The notes below the pieces were generated by a model. That model saw only the letters and a list, made by a program, of their open reading frames with translations, did no database searches and had not been told where the DNA came from. 64,000 nucleotides of DNA from Ascidiella aspersa (Eukaryota): the NCBI GenBank assembly GCA_963924565.1, contig OZ004608.1, positions 26,040,001 through 26,104,000 on the forward strand, in the 5' to 3' direction. The position numbers were made by a program, and so were the translations under genes. How positions within the stretch are numbered: the stretch's first letter is position 1; each line of letters starts with the position of its first letter. Positions 12,001-27,000 of the stretch are shown here, one piece after another.

Positions 12001-15000
12001 CATATTCGTTGGGAAGCCTTTTTTACCTTCGTTCTGCTGGTATTTCTTCGCCTTGTAAGCGGAGATAGGGGCAAGGGCGGCGCCGCGTCGCCTCCTCCTT
12101 TTGAAGCTGTTTTCGTTGCCGAACTCCCCAAATCCCTCGCGGGTCATGGTCCAGTAGTTGGACTTGGCCGCGTTCTCGTATCGTGGAACTAAACAACGGG
12201 TAAAAAAAACACAAATTAACAGTGATATAAGGCGTCGAAGCAAACATATTTAACCGACATGTAATGTGCGAAAAGTGTAAATATGCTTTGTACACTTTAG
12301 GCAAAATATCTTGCGTATATAGGTACTCTTTTGTTAGTATTCAAAGGGGGGTATGTATAAACCTGCAGCGTTCGACTTTTATGCCTAAGTCCGATGAAAT
12401 TTCCCGCCGTGTCTTCGCAAAATCGTCGCCGCCACCGCGGGACTACAATATAGGAAGAAACGTCGCTTAATCAGCGCGCTAGGATCGGAAAAGGCCCTGG
12501 CAAGCGTTGTAATTGGATCCAGCCATTGATCAAGTGGGACGCGGGCCGGAGTGCCAGCGCTCGTTAGTTAGCGCAGACAGGAGCGGGGAAGCAGCTTTCC
12601 TCGCAACAACAGGGCTGCACTTGTTTGTGCCACTTCGGGAGTCGCACCGGCGTTCAAATAAAGTATTCGAACACGGCCCGAACCCCATCAACGGCTAAAA
12701 ATTACATTTTTTACTTCTACTGACGCACGATAAACGACACACAGATCACTTATATGCGTTATACGTTGATGAATATTATCGCTTTAAATGCAACTAAAAG
12801 TGACCCGCATTGTCGCAACCTATGGGCGAATCGTTCTGATAGCGAATATGCACACGTTTCGCGCGAACATTGTGCACAGTATACGTAAGTATGTGTTCGG
12901 TTAATTCATTGGCCCGCTTCATACAAGAACTGGTTTTTCCTGGAGTTCGGAGTCGCCTTCTGGGAACGTTGCATTGTGCTCGGAGCCATCAGCGATTATC
13001 GTGTAACAGGCGCGATGCGTGGTGCCGCTTGTTATCGGGCTGCGCTTTGTGCTGCATTTTAATCGCTTCTGGTTTTTATAACACGTAACCGCCGCGGCGG
13101 ATGCGGCGCGAGCGATCGAAGCATTCACTACAGAGCACCTGGATTTCTATTTACACAGATGCATTTTTATGTCGTAGTTTATAAACACCGATCACAATCC
13201 CTAAATATTATAATGGGAATAAAAACAACGTAACTCACCTTTGACAAAGCACTGGTTGAGACTGAGATTGTGACGAATCGAGTTCTGCCAGGCGGACTTG
13301 TCGTGGCAGTACTTGTAGTAGGGAAAGTTGTTCATGATGTAGTCGTAGATACCGCGTAAGGTGATCAGCTTGCCAGGGCTATCGAGGATGGCGGACGCGA
13401 TCAGGGCCGGGTAGGTGTGGGGTGGTCGCTTGTACTGGGAACGTTCCTCGGGCGAGGGGCTGCTTGGGGGCATACGGTTCTGTGGTCCCCCTGACCCGAT
13501 GATGCCCCGAGCGGCTGTGTGGAATCCGTTGGGGGCGGGGCGGTCCTCTGAGGGCTTTGCGGCCGCCTGTAACTTGTAGTTAGGTACCATGCCTGGAATT
13601 GGCGCTGTCGTGGCGCAGCTGGTTTGGATCATCGTTGGCAAGCACATTCCAGCCGCCATTGCGGCGATCGCTGTCGACTGGCTGCTGTTTATTGCGCTGT
13701 ACGGATTCACCGGGTAACCCGGCGCCGACGTCATCGAGTTGGGGGTGGGAAACGGCGGGGCCGTGTTCTCCCCTGGTGAAGCGCCGCCTTTGTTGGACGC
13801 CACCGCGCTGGCCCGCAAGGCCACGTTCATGTCGTCACTGTGACGTCGGTCCGAAGCGATGATTGAGTTCGCTGTCGCCTGTTGCATGGCTTCGGAGGAT
13901 AGCGAGCGCTTGAGTGGCATCGAAGGGTCGTACCTGGGTTCTACTTCGGGGTTACTTTGTGGAGAGATCTTTACGAAAGGCTCGGGGCTGTGGGCTGATC
14001 CCGCCCCGTCTGATATATTGTCATCTGCTCTCTCGTTGCTGTATAAGCTTCCTGTTGATTCGACCGACCCGATGGGGGTATTTGACCCAGCTTTGGGGCT
14101 GTGGTGGTGACCCATGGGCATGGTTTCGTGCATGTCAATCATGCTCTCTGCTGTAGTTTTGTCTGTTCGTTTTGCTTTCAACACTCGCCGCAAAACAAAG
14201 TCTAAGCTCTTACTGCTCTTGCTTTGGGTAATGTCTTCCTCAGCAGGGATTTGTTGAATTCGGCGGGGTTTCGAAGTACTTTTGCGCCGCCGTGATTCGG
14301 ATTTTTGCCGTTCCTTGTTCGTTGCGTTGTACTTTTGAAGCTCGTCTAGATCTACCAGGCAATAAAATAATGATTTCTGCTTATGGTAAACCTAAATAAC
14401 CTTTAAAATTACATAACAAATTTATAGCTTTTTCACTAACACTTAGGAAACAGAACCTGGGCGGCACAGCGGCCGTCTCTCTCCAGACTGCGAACTTCGG
14501 TGCGCCGCCTCAAGTTTATATAAACACGGGCGAAAAACTTTTTTCCGCGTCAGAAAACTTCGCGTGTGTAGGCTCCACACGCAAACGTAAACCAACAAGA
14601 CACCGGCTGGCGTGTTTAGCTTAGAGCTTGCACGCGATGGCCCACATAACACCGTAATTAGAGTGGCGCTTCATCATACACGCGGTTTGCCTCTCTAGCC
14701 GTTAGTTTGGCTCCGCCTCACGCCAGATTTAACCTTAACACGCGAGGCTCGTTTTTTCCGCAGGTCGGTTTTTCATCGCGCAAGTACAATTGACACCTGC
14801 GTTAATGACACCCGCTTAACTCAAGTTTAATTATTTCCATGAGCAGCTCCGTCGTTCGCACGAAAATCGAGGCGAATTTACATTTCTTATTTCGGCAGGG
14901 GCTTTTAAATATAGACTAAACCCAAATTCAAGCTTTGTCGCTTTAAAGCTCAAAACAAGAGGCTGTGCCCTGCGTCACATATACATGGGAAAATACACCG

Positions 15001-18000
15001 CAACACAATAAATACACACAGGAATGTTTTGCGGTTTAATGATTTGAATTGTTCGCCGCGCGATTTCCTGGATGCCATTCGGCCACAAACGCCTGTTTAC
15101 AAAAAGACAGACAGCTGCCTAAAAAGCAAACAACGACCTGAAACGTAAAATTTGTTTTTCTGGCTGTCGAAATAAAAAGATCTGGTGATTTGCGGCAAAC
15201 AAAACAAGGCCAGCTCTCGAAATCTGAAGAGCCCTTTCAACGAAAACACGCCGCGCGCAATTTCTACTGAAACTTTTATGACCTAATCGCGACAGTCACG
15301 CTAAGGAAAACTTTCATGAACTGACTATGGCTGTTGATTGCGTAACCCTTAAGGCTGCAACTATAGGCAAAAACACTGCAAACGTTTATTTCAAAATTAA
15401 CAATTTTGCAACCCTTGCCTTTTCTAAAGCATGCTTGTCACACTGGCAGTTGTTTGTTTGACTGCAAGAAAGCCAAAACATGGAAACGAGCTGATAACTA
15501 AAACAGGAAATCGAGCTCCGTTGTTTTTCTTTACTGCATGTAAGCTGAAATTTCATACCGACCGAAACATATTTAAACAAAAATTGCATGGCCAATAAAA
15601 TGCGCCAGATAAAAAAAACAAGTTTAACTAATGCACCAGTATTTTCATCAGTATAACAAAAGTTGAATACTTAAGTTGACAAAATTAAAAGACAAAAACA
15701 CAATCAAACGTTGATTCCATATAGCATATACAACTGACAACAAATATAAAATATCGAGCAGCTGTGCAGATAGGCGTTTTATTGAGGGCACAGAAGTTGT
15801 TTTCGCCTTCGAAACACACCATGCCAAACTCCCAGGATCAGAACAGTTTAATTTAACACTGAGTATTGCCAGATGCGCTAGTTTTGGTTGTTGCTGCCCA
15901 GCATTAAAAGCAAATTAACAACGCCCTTTTCAACATCGCCCGTCTTGTTTTATGTTTTTACCCGTTAGTTCGCTGGTTCATTCGCTTGCCCCGCCAAAAC
16001 GCGCTTGCCTGGCGCTCTGGTAAAATAGAGAATTTCCATACGCCAATCTCCAGTTACAACATCCGCGCCAGAGAACGCGTAAACAAGAAGCCACGTGATC
16101 GTTTGGGCTCCCGCGCCTGGCACGCTACGTGCTCTCCCTAAGCTTGAGTCGGAAAAGGGGTGTTGCCAGCCCCGCGCCACTAATGCTGGCAAACTAAGCG
16201 ACCCTTTTGCTTTTGCAGTGAAAGCTAGCGCTTCATATACAACAGCTCGTTTAAACGCTTTGCGATTCGCCGCGTTTGACCATTGGGCTTTTGTAGCGCA
16301 TTTTGCAGCCATTGTCGAACCGCCACATTCCGCCGCTTCGATTTAGCACCTGTTTATTTAGGGGCGTTCAGTCGAATGGGCGTTTGGACAGCGGTGAGCG
16401 ACAGCCCGAAACTGCATCGCGGTTCCCTCCGGTATTAGGATTAATCCACATTATCCGACATTCCGAAAAAGTGCCGAGACGCTGCCGAGTGGTATCCAAC
16501 GCAACGCCATTTCACCGCAATAGCTTTGTGCGCAAACTAAAAAAAACGCCATACCGCTGCTTATCGCCGGGCTAAGAAAACAAGCATTCTGTCGAAACGA
16601 AACCTTCCTGCGAGAGTTTCAACGCGCACACACCACGGCCTGATTCTTGTCGCCTCTTGTTGACAAAAGGCCTGTATCCAATCGAAGATTAAGATACGTA
16701 CTGGACCATTGTGCTCATGCGCTGTTGCCTGTGTAAAATCCCGGGCGAGCGACAACCGCCGCTCGAAATAACAGACATCCAAGCCTGCGACGCCACGGCA
16801 ACAAAAACAAAAATATTCGGGCGCTTGTTTGTGTCAGCCAACGCGCACAAAACAACGCGTAGCTAAGCCAAACAAAACGGGCATGTCCGTTCTGACTTGG
16901 CAACAACAAAGCGTTAAAGAAATAAAGGCGCGCGCGCTACAAAAAGAAAAGTCGGCCACTGAGTTTCGGCGCGATGTGATTTCAATCCCACGCCGCCTGC
17001 CGACTGGGCCCGCGCTTTTCCTGATTTCCAATTAATTACCCGACAACTTGTACTTTGCCCAAGCGCCATTCGTAGCATACGGATCAATCTAAACGCCAGG
17101 AACCCTGTTGCAAGCTGAACTCACCAAACGGTTTATTGGCGCAATCCTGTTGTTATGACAGTTAGTAATTGCTCTGTTGCATCTGATGCGAGCGTAGTAA
17201 ACCGCATTTGATTATTTATGTAGCCCGTCACGTTTACGCAATGGCCGTAACCCAAACAAACAGCTGGCCTGTCACAACAACAATTGTCGCCACGTTCAGT
17301 CGTTCATGCACTACCCATTAATCTGAACCAAGACACAACTTGCTGGTGAAAAGCTTATCTGTATTTTTTTTTTATTTTGAATCGAAATCGTAGCATGCAA
17401 ACTGTTACTAAGTCGTACGGTATATCTACTGTCTAACCTGGACATTCGACAGTGCGCATAAATAATGACACTCTGTTTACTACGAGCGTCGCAGTCAACA
17501 TTCTGACACTAATCTTAGCACATTGGTTCGCGTCACCAAAGCCAATACAATGTGTTTTGTGACCAAGCGACCAACAAACACAATGACACATTATCCACGT
17601 AGTTGGAAAGCAACCGCTCCAACGCGATTACGTTGTTTAAAAAAGTGTCCTGGAATGAGACCAAAATTATGCCACTAATGTGCATTAAACAGTCGAGCGA
17701 TTCCAACGCATGTTAACTATACCTTCGACAATTATAATCGCTTGTTTACAGAAGATTAGCAGTGCAGCCTTTTTTCTCTTTTCGTCTCTCTTCTTTTTCG
17801 ACCTTTTTTCTTTTAGTTAATTAGATTCTCTTCTACACTCGGTTTGGTTGAAGCCTGGGAAAATTTAATCTACTGAAATAAAATTCAATAAACATTTATA
17901 AAGGTTAAAGAAAAATCTGGAAGAACTTGTTTCCAAAATGTGAATGGTTGGTGATATCGCACTTTGGAAAAATAGTTTTCAGTATGATCAATACGCAAGA

Positions 18001-21000
18001 CACCATAGTCATTTCATTTAAACAGCAAACGGAATGAAAATATCTAAATAAATTGAGTAGATAACATCTGTGTATTACAGAAAGAAGTTGCATCCAAAAC
18101 TGAAACGTAATCAGTCCAAACGATAGGAACTCGAAACTATAAACAACACAGTTAATCGTCCGCAATCGCCCAGAAGAGACAACATTTATACGATACACAA
18201 ATATCCAACTGATCTAGGTGGCATCCGGCCAAATATCGTAACAAACTTACTTGAACTATGCCATTCGGGTTTATTGCTATACATAGCTAAGCGGTAAATG
18301 AGTTTAATTTTTTTGTTTTGTCTATTGTGTTTTACTTGTATATTTTATTGCAAAATTTGTATGACAGTATAACACGTCAATTTTTACAAGAAAAAGAGCG
18401 TCGCTACTTGCTATACAAACGTTGTTGAAATTAAATGACGATTAATGACTTGACAGCGCGTGTAAGCAGCCCACTGAAAGCAAAAGCCACGTAACCAGAT
18501 TTTGGCAATTAGTTCTGTCTAACTCGTATGTCATAATAGAAAGAGCCAGCGAGAGCCTAAATAAAATCAAAAATAGCCTTTTAGTCGCACACGCTTAACT
18601 CTTTTTTTTTCAATTACAAAAACAACCTACTACTAATCTGCATATACTAAAAACACGCGCCATATATTATCCTTTTAAGAAGAACCATTATATGGCAAAA
18701 AATGCACTTTTACACAAACATATAGGCATCCAAATATAGTTTCCCTATACTATCAGAAATGGCAAACAGCTGTATTTTTCTTTTGAACATGTGGTTTACT
18801 ATCTTCAGAAATAAGTTTATTCAACATAAGGTAAACATTCTGACAAGAAAAATGTGTAGTGCGGGATAACACCATATTACTATATTGGTTTCATAGTTAA
18901 ACAATGTTGCTTTTTATGATCCTTTGTATTTTGCGCAGCCTACTGTATTTAAATACCTTTATGGCGAGAGTTTGTAAAGGGCAGTGTTGCTCAACCTTTT
19001 TTCCGTGGCCACCCGAACAATATGTGTAAGTACATCAGCAATTATCGTAACTAAACGTAAGCCTAAAGTGAAAAATAAAGTGAAAAACACAATAGCATTA
19101 TTAAATCAAATTTTAATTAATCCGAAATCTCTTTGTCGCAATTTCGTGGAATAATCTTGCTAAAAATCAATCTTGAAGTCTAACCATGAGAACAACTGCT
19201 ATCGGCGACCTAACTAAACCGAACGGTTATCCAACTTGTCACGACCGATAGGTTGAGAAACACTGGTTTAGGCGTAAGCCTGGACAAAGAGATTTAAAAA
19301 TCATTTCTAATAGAGAAAGGGTTGTTAACGATTAGTTGGCAGGCCATAGTCTCTCTGATCTATACTGCTTTGTATGGAAACAATACAATTTATTTTTAAT
19401 GCTCTTCGTCACCGGATGTTTAGAACCCAATCATCCCAAGTTTGCTAATTTTGTCTTCATATGATGCATCGAAAATTCAACAATTCATTTATTGACGCAC
19501 CATTCGGCAAAGGCCTTTCGTGGCATTACGATGTAGAACGACGGTGCGGCACGTTTTCGTTAGTTTTCTCTTGAAAACATAACTCACGAAAATTCGATTT
19601 CTTGTGAATAAACGCCACTGACCTATATCGAACGAATATGGCGAATCTTGGAAGTGACTTGAATGATGGTGTGCAACGGTGGCCGCTAATTACTTGGCAC
19701 GTTCCAGCAAAATCCTCATTCCTCTGGACTCCCGATCGAGCTAGGTTATCACGCACAACGTGCAGATACAGCTCACGCTTTGAACAAACGGCGTTTTTAC
19801 TGGACAGGGGTATACAACCGCATCTTGGTTTTTGCTCCAAAGTGCTTAATGCAAGTACGTGCGTCGAAACACACTCTTATAAAAATGCCGTGTAATTTAA
19901 GTTGAAATGATTTGAATTCAACTTCCTACAAACCAGAAAAGGAAAGTGGGAAAGGATTTGCCTCTCGCGGATAACAGTCCTGTTCAAAGCCTTTAACGAA
20001 GCATGTTGTAGTTTGAAATGGCCTGGTTTAACACTGGGCATGCCAAAAAACAACACGACCTACTTCCTAATGAGGCTCCGGCCAGTCTTGATGAACGGTC
20101 ATAAATCAAGTTTCCCGGGTCGCACGAAGGACACATCTTTCTTTTTCTCTGACTAGTCACAGCGCCAACACTGACCAGCAAATCGCTTAAACGTGTTATT
20201 ACCATACGCAAGCGATTAACCGTCCTGTCGAAATGTTGATTTTCTGGAAACCATATTTGAATTTTTCGTCTTCATTTTTGCAGTAAAATTAGCTCCTGGC
20301 TCCATCATCATGTAAAAGTAAGCATGAATCATTTTGGTTTGCACGATTATAGAGACACAACGACAGCGATAAAGTCGAAAAATAAACCACCATGTGAAAG
20401 ACTCAAAACGATTCAAATTGGCAAAAAAATTGAAAGTTCTAGATAATCATCATTCTTATTGCTAGTGTTTTCTAAATGTCGTTGATTTCAAGTATAAAAT
20501 GCCCGTATTCCGCGCTTACTTTAAACAGCAGTTTCAAAGTAACACCATGCACACGAAATGCTTTTGTTTGCTAGTTAGTATGGCTTCGATGTTAATGAAT
20601 GATCCTCACATGTTAATAAACGCAAACAACAGCTTCCCCATTTAAATCAGAATGAACAAACGTATTTTGTAAACAAAACGCAACGAGGTGATATGCAAAC
20701 GGCAATGTGTTGTGTGCTGCTGCGCATTGTTTACGAAATACATTTTTCGTGTTTGTAAACACGCAACAGCTGTGAGAACTTTAAGTTTCTCTCGCAATAA
20801 AAAGCAAAAAAAATAAAACACCAATATGGAAACCAATTTTAACATATGTTAGAAGCCGTTACCAGTCCAATCAGCATTGATTAAGTGTTTTGTAAGTAAT
20901 TTTTTAGCAGAACGAAAACTAAAAAAAATGTAAACGATTGTATACTAAAAAGCGTGTTAAACTGTGTTCTAAAAGTGATGCGGCTCAAGAAATTTTCATG

Positions 21001-24000
21001 TGTATTGCGGAACAACCGATTGTGTCCAATGTCCTTGCTCTGTCATTCGGCTATTTTACACTCCTTAATGCATATTAGTGTTTTCATAAAAGAAATTCCG
21101 AAATATTTAATTTTAATTGCAACATAAAACTAAAGTGTCAAATAGTTTGTTGGAATCCGTACTTACAAAATGAGTAAACAAAATTAAACGAAATCATTTA
21201 AGAGAAATTTGTATAGCAGTCACAAAGTTACAGGATTGGTTTTGTGCCAAACACAGATGCGTACAAAAGACTTAAAGAAAACTGAACTACAAAAGTATTA
21301 CAAATGTTTTTATCGTGGTCATCTCGATATCATAAGCATAAAAAAACTTTTTCCAAAAAGTATATTAAACCACAAAGTTGTTGTGTTCATGCATGTTTAA
21401 TATATACACTATAAGCATTACAGACTCCTCCGCAAACTCACAACAAAATCGTAACATCAACTTTCCTGTAGACGCTATATCCGTCTGAAACTTGTGATTG
21501 CGAAAGTATCCTTTTAAATAGAAACGTGGGTTTACAAGACCCAAAACAACACTCTTAGAAAAGGCAGGTTTCCTTCAACCCACCAGCAAAAGAGGTGCTC
21601 GCGACAGCTCTAAATATCGATGCTTCTTTTAGGCAAGATAAATTATAGCATAGGCAAATCGCATATCATCAAACAAAAAGAGGTAAAGAGGTGTGCACGT
21701 TTGAGGATGCTGTAAAACGAACGGAATTCCGAGCGACTAAGAAAGTAGGAGGCCCGAATGAACACAAGTTGTAGGTGGCTTAAAGAAACACTTGCTCCCG
21801 GGAAAATGCTAATGCTTCCTAACGCGAAACCACGCCCACATCGTCCTGCAAAACATTCAATATTGTTTCCATTGCGTTTCTGTCTTAAAAGGCCCAAAGA
21901 CTTTTATTTACTTTTTCTACTGGACCACAATTTATATAAAAAAGGCTTTATCACAAAATTGTAAATGTGTAAAGAATTGCCCCGAAGAGATTGAATATAA
22001 TATGATAACAAACGGAGTGCGTGTGCTTTGCGTTTTTGGCAGCTTTTTGTGCGCGGTAATCGGTTAGAAGGACTTGTCTTTTGTTGTATGCATCCGCAAC
22101 ACTTACCAACCCAGAAGTCACAACTATACATTCTAGACTACAACAACGTTCTGCGATAAAATTTCCTGGTCGGTATCGCAAGAGACACCTAATATACTCG
22201 CCACCATGTCTATGTGTGACATACCAAAATTGAACTATTTTTGCCAGACTGCAATTCGTTGAACTCGCACAAAGTTTACATAAAAATCATCGGGCAAAAA
22301 CATTGTTACTCGTCGAGATTGCACTGTCAAAAGAGTACAAATCGTCGACGCCTGTCGTTCAATCGAGTGCGCGTTTTCGAAAAACATCGCGAATTCCGTT
22401 TTCGCCAAACATTAATATCGGCGAAGGTTCAACTCGAACGAAGTTGGTTCGGCAGCCTATACACCCGTGTTTTTGTTTTAATTCGCTTTCCAAAAATAAT
22501 TGTTCTCGTGCGGCGCGAGTTCACGACAGGCGTCCTTCTGCTCATGAGTCCGTTTCCGGCGATTTAGCGAGCAAATGCAGCGTCATGCAACGTATTTCAG
22601 CATCGGCTCAGGAGCGGTCGGTCCGTTTCTATGTGACATCAATGCCACAAGCACTCCATTGGACCTCGTTTGTTTCACCAGAGGTTTGTTCTTTTTTGGA
22701 ACGCATTTCACGCGTGTGATTCTTTTCTCCGTGCCGCGAATGCTTTACTCAACATCCGCCCACTGACGTATGACCAATGACTTTGTCATCGCGCACAACC
22801 GAAAACAGTGAAGCTGACTCTTCATTAAACAACATCCGGGCAAAAATAAACCGTCGATTATTATGTTGTAAAACCGTGTAAAACCAGTCATTTTTAAAAC
22901 ATAACGCACAGCGTCATGCGTTTCGGTTGACCGATGTAACTTGGGTTGATAAATATACCAGGGTAATTACCCGCCGCAGTGAAAACCAAGTTTTGCGATT
23001 AGCGCAGTTTCAGATCAATTTCTCCTATGGAAAAAATACGACGAGGGCAGATTCTGCCCAACTGAAATAGGAAACAAACATGTATGTCAAAGGTTTGGTT
23101 GTTTCACCATTAAGAACTATCCATCACAAATTTTGTTTACGACCCTGATTTTCTCTGATTCTTGTGAACCAGGCTTTATAAACGCGAGGTATCCGGAAGT
23201 ATATGCTGTTCATCGTCAAACAAATGTTTACACGGCTTTCGCGCCAGATCTTGTTTGCCATAAATCGTGGCACCATAAACAAAATACCGAGCCACAACTG
23301 CTGTTTATACAGAGCATTTCAGTTCCCAAACCGCCAAGCATTCAGCATGGATGGCATTTGTCAAATCGCAACGACAAGGTTATATCCGAAAAAGGCCAAG
23401 ACAAACTCCCGCCATTGCCTGAAGATGTTCAGACGTTTAGCGGCCACATCCATGAAGTCCGACCCTTTTTTCCATCCGATGTCAGCTGAGACAACACGAC
23501 GAAAAAGAGGGGAGTCAAATACTGGAGCCACCGCGTGCCACAAGCTGGCCATGCGCAGGAAAAGGTGGAAGCTCTATCCTGCGACATTACACGTGGCGAT
23601 TTAAAAGGTACCAAACATTTATTCCGATGTTTAACAGCGTCGTGAAGCAGCTCACAATACCCGCAATATTATTTCAAGGCGACTGCTTTTCGAAAAAAGT
23701 GAGCGTGCCACCTGCTGCACGACTCTGGCTCGCTCCCGGATGAGTGTTGGCATTTGGAAAACGTGAGATGTTTTGGATACGCGCATCACGACGCGCCGAC
23801 AACGGGCCTTGTTTATTTTTAATTGCAATTAACGCGCACGTAATATACTGGTAATTGGCTCCTTGCGTGTGGCGGCCTGCGCGCTGCGCCACTGCGCATC
23901 CGGCGCCGGGCAGGCATTCCAAGAAATCGAATGTCAACCAAGCGATCTTGTATTGAGGCATCGCATTGCGTTCATAGGACATGACCCCACACGAATGGTG

Positions 24001-27000
24001 CCTGTCGTTGTGATGAGTGACACGTAAAACGACTTGGGACATTCCGATTTCGCATTGCTGTATAAACAAAGACTTTTACGGATGCGAAAATTACTTTTTT
24101 TAAAGATAATATGATATAAACGGTATAAACGCTAAACTTATACTGTGACGTTCTTCCAAATAGACGTCACACTATTTTCTCTTTTTTTGATGTTTTAGAA
24201 AATCGAGATTTGCATGGTTTATTTTGTTCTACAAAGTCATGCAAAACGTTGTAGGTTTTATTTTATATCATCTGTAGAGATTTGTAAAGATTGCCATGGA
24301 ATACAAAAAACGTTAATAAAACTATACATCCTTGTACACAAGGCATATTAGTTTTTAAACTGTTGTACTGTCTTCAGTAATACACGTTTTAGAACACCTT
24401 CGTACCGTATATGGGGCCTGCAACGGAGCGCCGAGTTACAAATGCCTTAATGTTTTTCAGACAATAACTCACTGTATGACAACAAAATAAAAACATTGAT
24501 GCCCACAGTTGACAAATGTTCGCCAATCCCTTTTCTAACGTCACCTATTTACCAGCTACACAAATCGGATGCCGTTTGAAGTGGCCATTATAAACCGACC
24601 TAGAGAGATCTATCCACGCGCAAACTAACAAAGAGAAGAAAGGAGGCAAAACTTGTTAATAGGCCAGTTGTATAAACGCGCCTTTGGTGCCTCCATTCAC
24701 CTCACACGACCAGCAACGGGTAGCAGCACATTCATTGTTATTGAGGTTAACCTTTCAACCAGGAAATTCGGACAACAGCCGTGCGTCTAAAACACAAACA
24801 ATGACTTCCAGTTTCCTACGAAGCCTCGCCTCAGCAGAAGCTGGCGCACAATAAAGGCACAACCACAACAATAATAATGATAATATATTGACAAAGCGGT
24901 TTGCCTTGATGCTTCTCCAATACGTGCTTCGCCATTTATTATTCCACATCGAACATCACATGAATGGGCAAGACTCGTCTTGCGTCCGTGCTTGAAAACC
25001 TATAGGCTTATTAAAACGAAACAAAACTAGGATAGTTAACGCTACAGGCAATGGTCCCTAAAGTGACGTGTTTTATCACCACACTAGCTAGGCCAGTTGG
25101 GAAATTTCTTGTGAACTTAGTATTTCAAAGTTTTTCGTTTATTTACTTTATCCATGCATAATGTAAAAGCGCGATATAAGTGGAACTATTCGTGATAAAT
25201 AAACCTCATTAAAGGTCGCCTCGAAATGACAGAACCGAAATTCCGTTAAGAAATGGGAATTTTATATTGTACGTTTCAAGATAGCCAATCTACTTCCGCG
25301 AAAAGTCCGAACTACAAGGTATTATCTAGTTGCTGACGAAATGTCATCATCTTTATCCAAATGATTCACTGGATTGCATCATTTTGTGGAAGAACATTAA
25401 TAATATATTTCCAATGAAAAGCAGTATTTGTCGATTCGTTACAACACGCAGCACAGTAGTGACGTCACACAATTACGGATGTGAATAGGTTTTATTTTGT
25501 GCAACACGAAGCTTTCTGAATGTTGCCACAATTAAGCAATATGTGGAAACGGTCATCCTTACTTGACTGAAGCACACAGAGCTCTACGTAAGTTAAAAAC
25601 AAGCTTAACAAAGTGATTTGAACACATGTTTATATCGCTTTTAGCTAACCAACATGTTTTAGTAATTTCCCCTGTTAAAGGTTTGAAAAGCAGTTATTCT
25701 GCTGCACCCGAATCTTTATAGAAAAATGTGAGTGTTGCAAACAAGTCATTCTGAAAGCACTTCAGTAACAGTTAAGTCGTTTGTAAATTAACTCAAGTCC
25801 AAGTCAAGTCATTTGAGAAGTACAAGTCCCAACACTTCAAGAAATTATCATAGTAAGTGTTAAATTGAAAAAATTAGTAAGCTCGTCTGATTCTGAGCGA
25901 CATCTGATACAAGCAGGAATTAGGGTGAAATGACAGCCAAATTTTACCAAATATTTATTAATAATAAAAAGTATCTAAGGAAAATATTTGTTGAAAGATA
26001 AGTCATTTTGCCCCCAAGAGTAGAGTCAAGTTAAGTGTTAAAAGGGTGACTAAAGTGAACTCCAGTCAAGTCATTTAAGTTAGTCTATAAAACCTTAAAA
26101 ATTACCCATTGACGTACAGTAGGCCATTTTATAAACTTTTGGCGCCCTATTTTTTCCTTAGAAGTGACTTTAAGATTATTTCAATTAATCCGAGTTTTTA
26201 TTTTACCACTGCCGTTTAAAAAAAAAATGCCGTTTAAAATGTGTGTCGTGCACTTTACCAGACAAAAGAGATAACTTCATCCAAGACCTTCTAAAGGCAT
26301 ACACGCATTTGTGCAACCAGTCATTAAAAGTTTCCTTTAAATTATTCACATACAATTACAAGTTTAGGAAACAGTCGTTTAACCCTAAAAAAATCTTGAT
26401 GGAAAACGTAGCCATTTCCAAGTAAAACAATTACTAAAATGTAGGCAAATTGATAAATTACATATTTCCTGAGACGAAACTTCCAGTTTATACTTGATTA
26501 TCTCGTTTTATGGTCCATATGCTTGGAATTCGCGTTTTGCGTTAGATGTGTATGTATTTGGTTAAGTGGTGACCACGAGTCCACGACCTCGCACTTTTTA
26601 GGTAAATGGGGCTGATGGGGTATGACTCGAGGCTTTTTAAATCAGTTATAGAAAACCAGGATTCTGAATGTAGTCGCATATAAAACAATTATACAATTTA
26701 GTTTACTTTGCAGCATTGCAAACAACTGTGCACATTTCGGCCCTCAAACAATTACATCACTATTAGCGGCTTACGTGTCCCTGGTCGGACTGTAATCAGG
26801 CTTAATACGTCGAATCAGAGCTAGCTTCCGGTTACTGTCCCCAATAGCATCAACAAAGTGGGTTGTAGGGGGACAGGCGACGGGGCCAGTAAAACGTCAT
26901 CACGCAGTGATTATGACGCGTTCTGTGTGTTGACAGCAGAGATATTTTGTTTTGACTGACGGCCTGTCTTCCTGTTTTTAATACTGTCGCAACGCAGGGT

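Noticed and set aside
12027-13440. Calling the Fox gene FoxP because of poly-Q, zinc finger and PxDL
   Set aside because: The forkhead sequence and domain order differ from FoxP, and no leucine zipper follows the finger
14255-14295. [13 protein letters not shown] as a NuRD-binding RRKQxxP motif
   Set aside because: It lacks the Gln, has one extra residue before the Pro and is not at the extreme N-terminus; more simply a basic/NLS patch
25731-26085. AAGTC-rich stretch with agtgttg...caacact ends
   Set aside because: Probably a decayed MITE, but the TIR is too short and there is no TSD
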